Position numbers and translations under genes: made by a program
In this document: one piece after another, positions 58,271 to 64,000 of the stretch
Layout of the letters: every line of letters begins with the position of its first letter
How positions within the stretch are numbered: position 1 is the stretch's first letter
Assembly (NCBI GenBank): GCA_963693365.1
Contig: CAVNZM010000002.1
Span: 11,340,328 to 11,404,327 of the forward strand
Length of the DNA stretch: 64,000 nucleotides
Origin: Amoebidium appalachense
Lineage: Eukaryota; Protista; Ichthyosporea
Direction of reading: 5' to 3'
Notes under the pieces: generated by a model
Told to the model about the DNA's origin: nothing
What the model saw: the letters and a program-made list of their open reading frames with translations, nothing else
Databases searched by the model: none

Positions 58271-58617
58271 TTTAATAAGGTTTGCGGTGAAGAACAAATT
58301 ATTGTGCCTAGCTAAACCGTATAATGAAAGTCCTGGGAGTGAGCTTCACCATGTTTCTTCCCAACACTTCTTTTTTTTTTTCCCATCCGTCGCAGGCAGG
58401 GCAGGGCTCCCAGATGTTTTAACACCGCCCCTCGTCCCAAACGCAAACCATAAAACTGCATAGGTATTTCTGTAATAGCAAAGCTTCTCGTTTCCTTTAG
58501 CACCTATACTAACCAGTAGTAATCACTGAGCTAATAATAGAGAGAGAGAGAGCTACAACCACTGAAAAAACGTGGGTCACAAAGAGCAGAACCGCCGGGT
58601 CATATTTGCGCTACAGC

Positions 58618-58685
58618 TGACGTCACCTGCCTTTTCAGGCTATTGATCTACCATATTTGGAAGGTAATTCAAAAAGCGCGCGAAA
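58618..58685 (-). promoter_or_regulatory. CRE palindrome plus composite E2F/CHR element in the bidirectional promoter
   Basis: TGACGTCA at 58618-58625. On the minus strand: TTTCGCGC (58685-58678), a 4-nt spacer, then TTTGAA (58673-58668). Confidence 0.5.
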
Positions 58686-59339
58686 TTTTCGGGTGGCCGA
58701 GAAGGGCCCTCCGCGGCCGTGGCAGTGGCCCAGCCAAGCTTGCCGCAAGTTTTGCCGGCCGTTTTTTGGGGACTCAAACAGCGCAGAATACTCTGTTTGT
58801 CATCTAACCCTGTGGTTATCTTCTTATCTCGTTTATATATATACATATATTAACATAGCGAAAACTTTGTTTAATTGGTGTTATATTTGTGACACCCTTA
58901 CCCAAGACACTGTACGAGCCTTTGCACGAAACCCCTTTTGCTGACCTTTCCTTTGACTGGTCACTCGCGCTTGCTCTGGACATTTACAACGCTCGATTTT
59001 TGAGCACTGTATTTTTGAGTTTACATCTCTCCTCTCTCCTCCTCGCCCCGCTCTTACCGACACACACTTCCACACGAGTGTGTGTAAGCGCATATGCGCA
59101 GGGATACACACATCCTGTCTCCCCTTCCCTCCTCCACTCACACACGCAAACATACACATGCACACAAATACAGGCATACACACATAGACCCGCAACTATA
59201 CATGCTACAACTAGGCTTTCGTCCATGAACACAATCAGTAGGCTAACGGGTCCGGCATAGTCGTCTCCTCTCTTTCACTATATCCAGCAACCACCCTTAA
59301 ACCCTAATCTCTTAGGCATTATTCAAAAACGGGAAGAGA

Positions 59340-63823
<4,484 letters not shown>

Positions 63824-64000
63824 GTGAGTGGGGGTGGCTTGTTGCTGTGGTGGTGTTTGTGTTTGCAAAGATGAAAGCAAGACAGAGAACTGCAGATACA
63901 GGTCAGTCGTGATCTTAGCTCCTACCTCCCCCCCCCCCCCCCCCCCCCCTGTCCCCCCCCCCCCCCTCCACACATACACACACAAACACGCCACACCACC

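Overview
Eukaryotic, intron-rich genomic DNA. The introns are packed with (CA)n/(GT)n microsatellites and poly-G/poly-C tracts, so most ORFs in the supplied track are repeat artefacts. Reading GT-AG exons by hand gives eight genes. In order: UBLCP1 (-, 5' part only), GOSR1/Gos1 Golgi SNARE (+), a class B DnaJ/Hsp40 (-), a membrane-anchored Thr-rich mucin with a parallel beta-helix (+), a CX2CX18CX2C GATA factor (+), a PX-domain protein (-), a torsin-like AAA+ ATPase (-), and a signal-peptide AAA+ pseudo-ATPase (+, runs off the window). The last two sit head-to-head about 1.07 kb apart. The pseudo-ATPase has dead Walker motifs but keeps an SRI arginine finger, like the torsin activators LAP1/LULL1, while the torsin-like enzyme lacks its own Arg finger. 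This divergent enzyme-plus-activator pair is the main finding, and its shared promoter carries an exactly spaced E2F+CHR element. Also present: a 221-bp hAT-type MITE with an 8-bp TSD, an inverted repeat bracketing about 2.9 kb, and several single-base frameshifts at homopolymers that look like long-read errors. The organism looks like a unicellular opisthokont/holozoan, but that is inference only. All family assignments come from recalled motif similarity, not from database searches.
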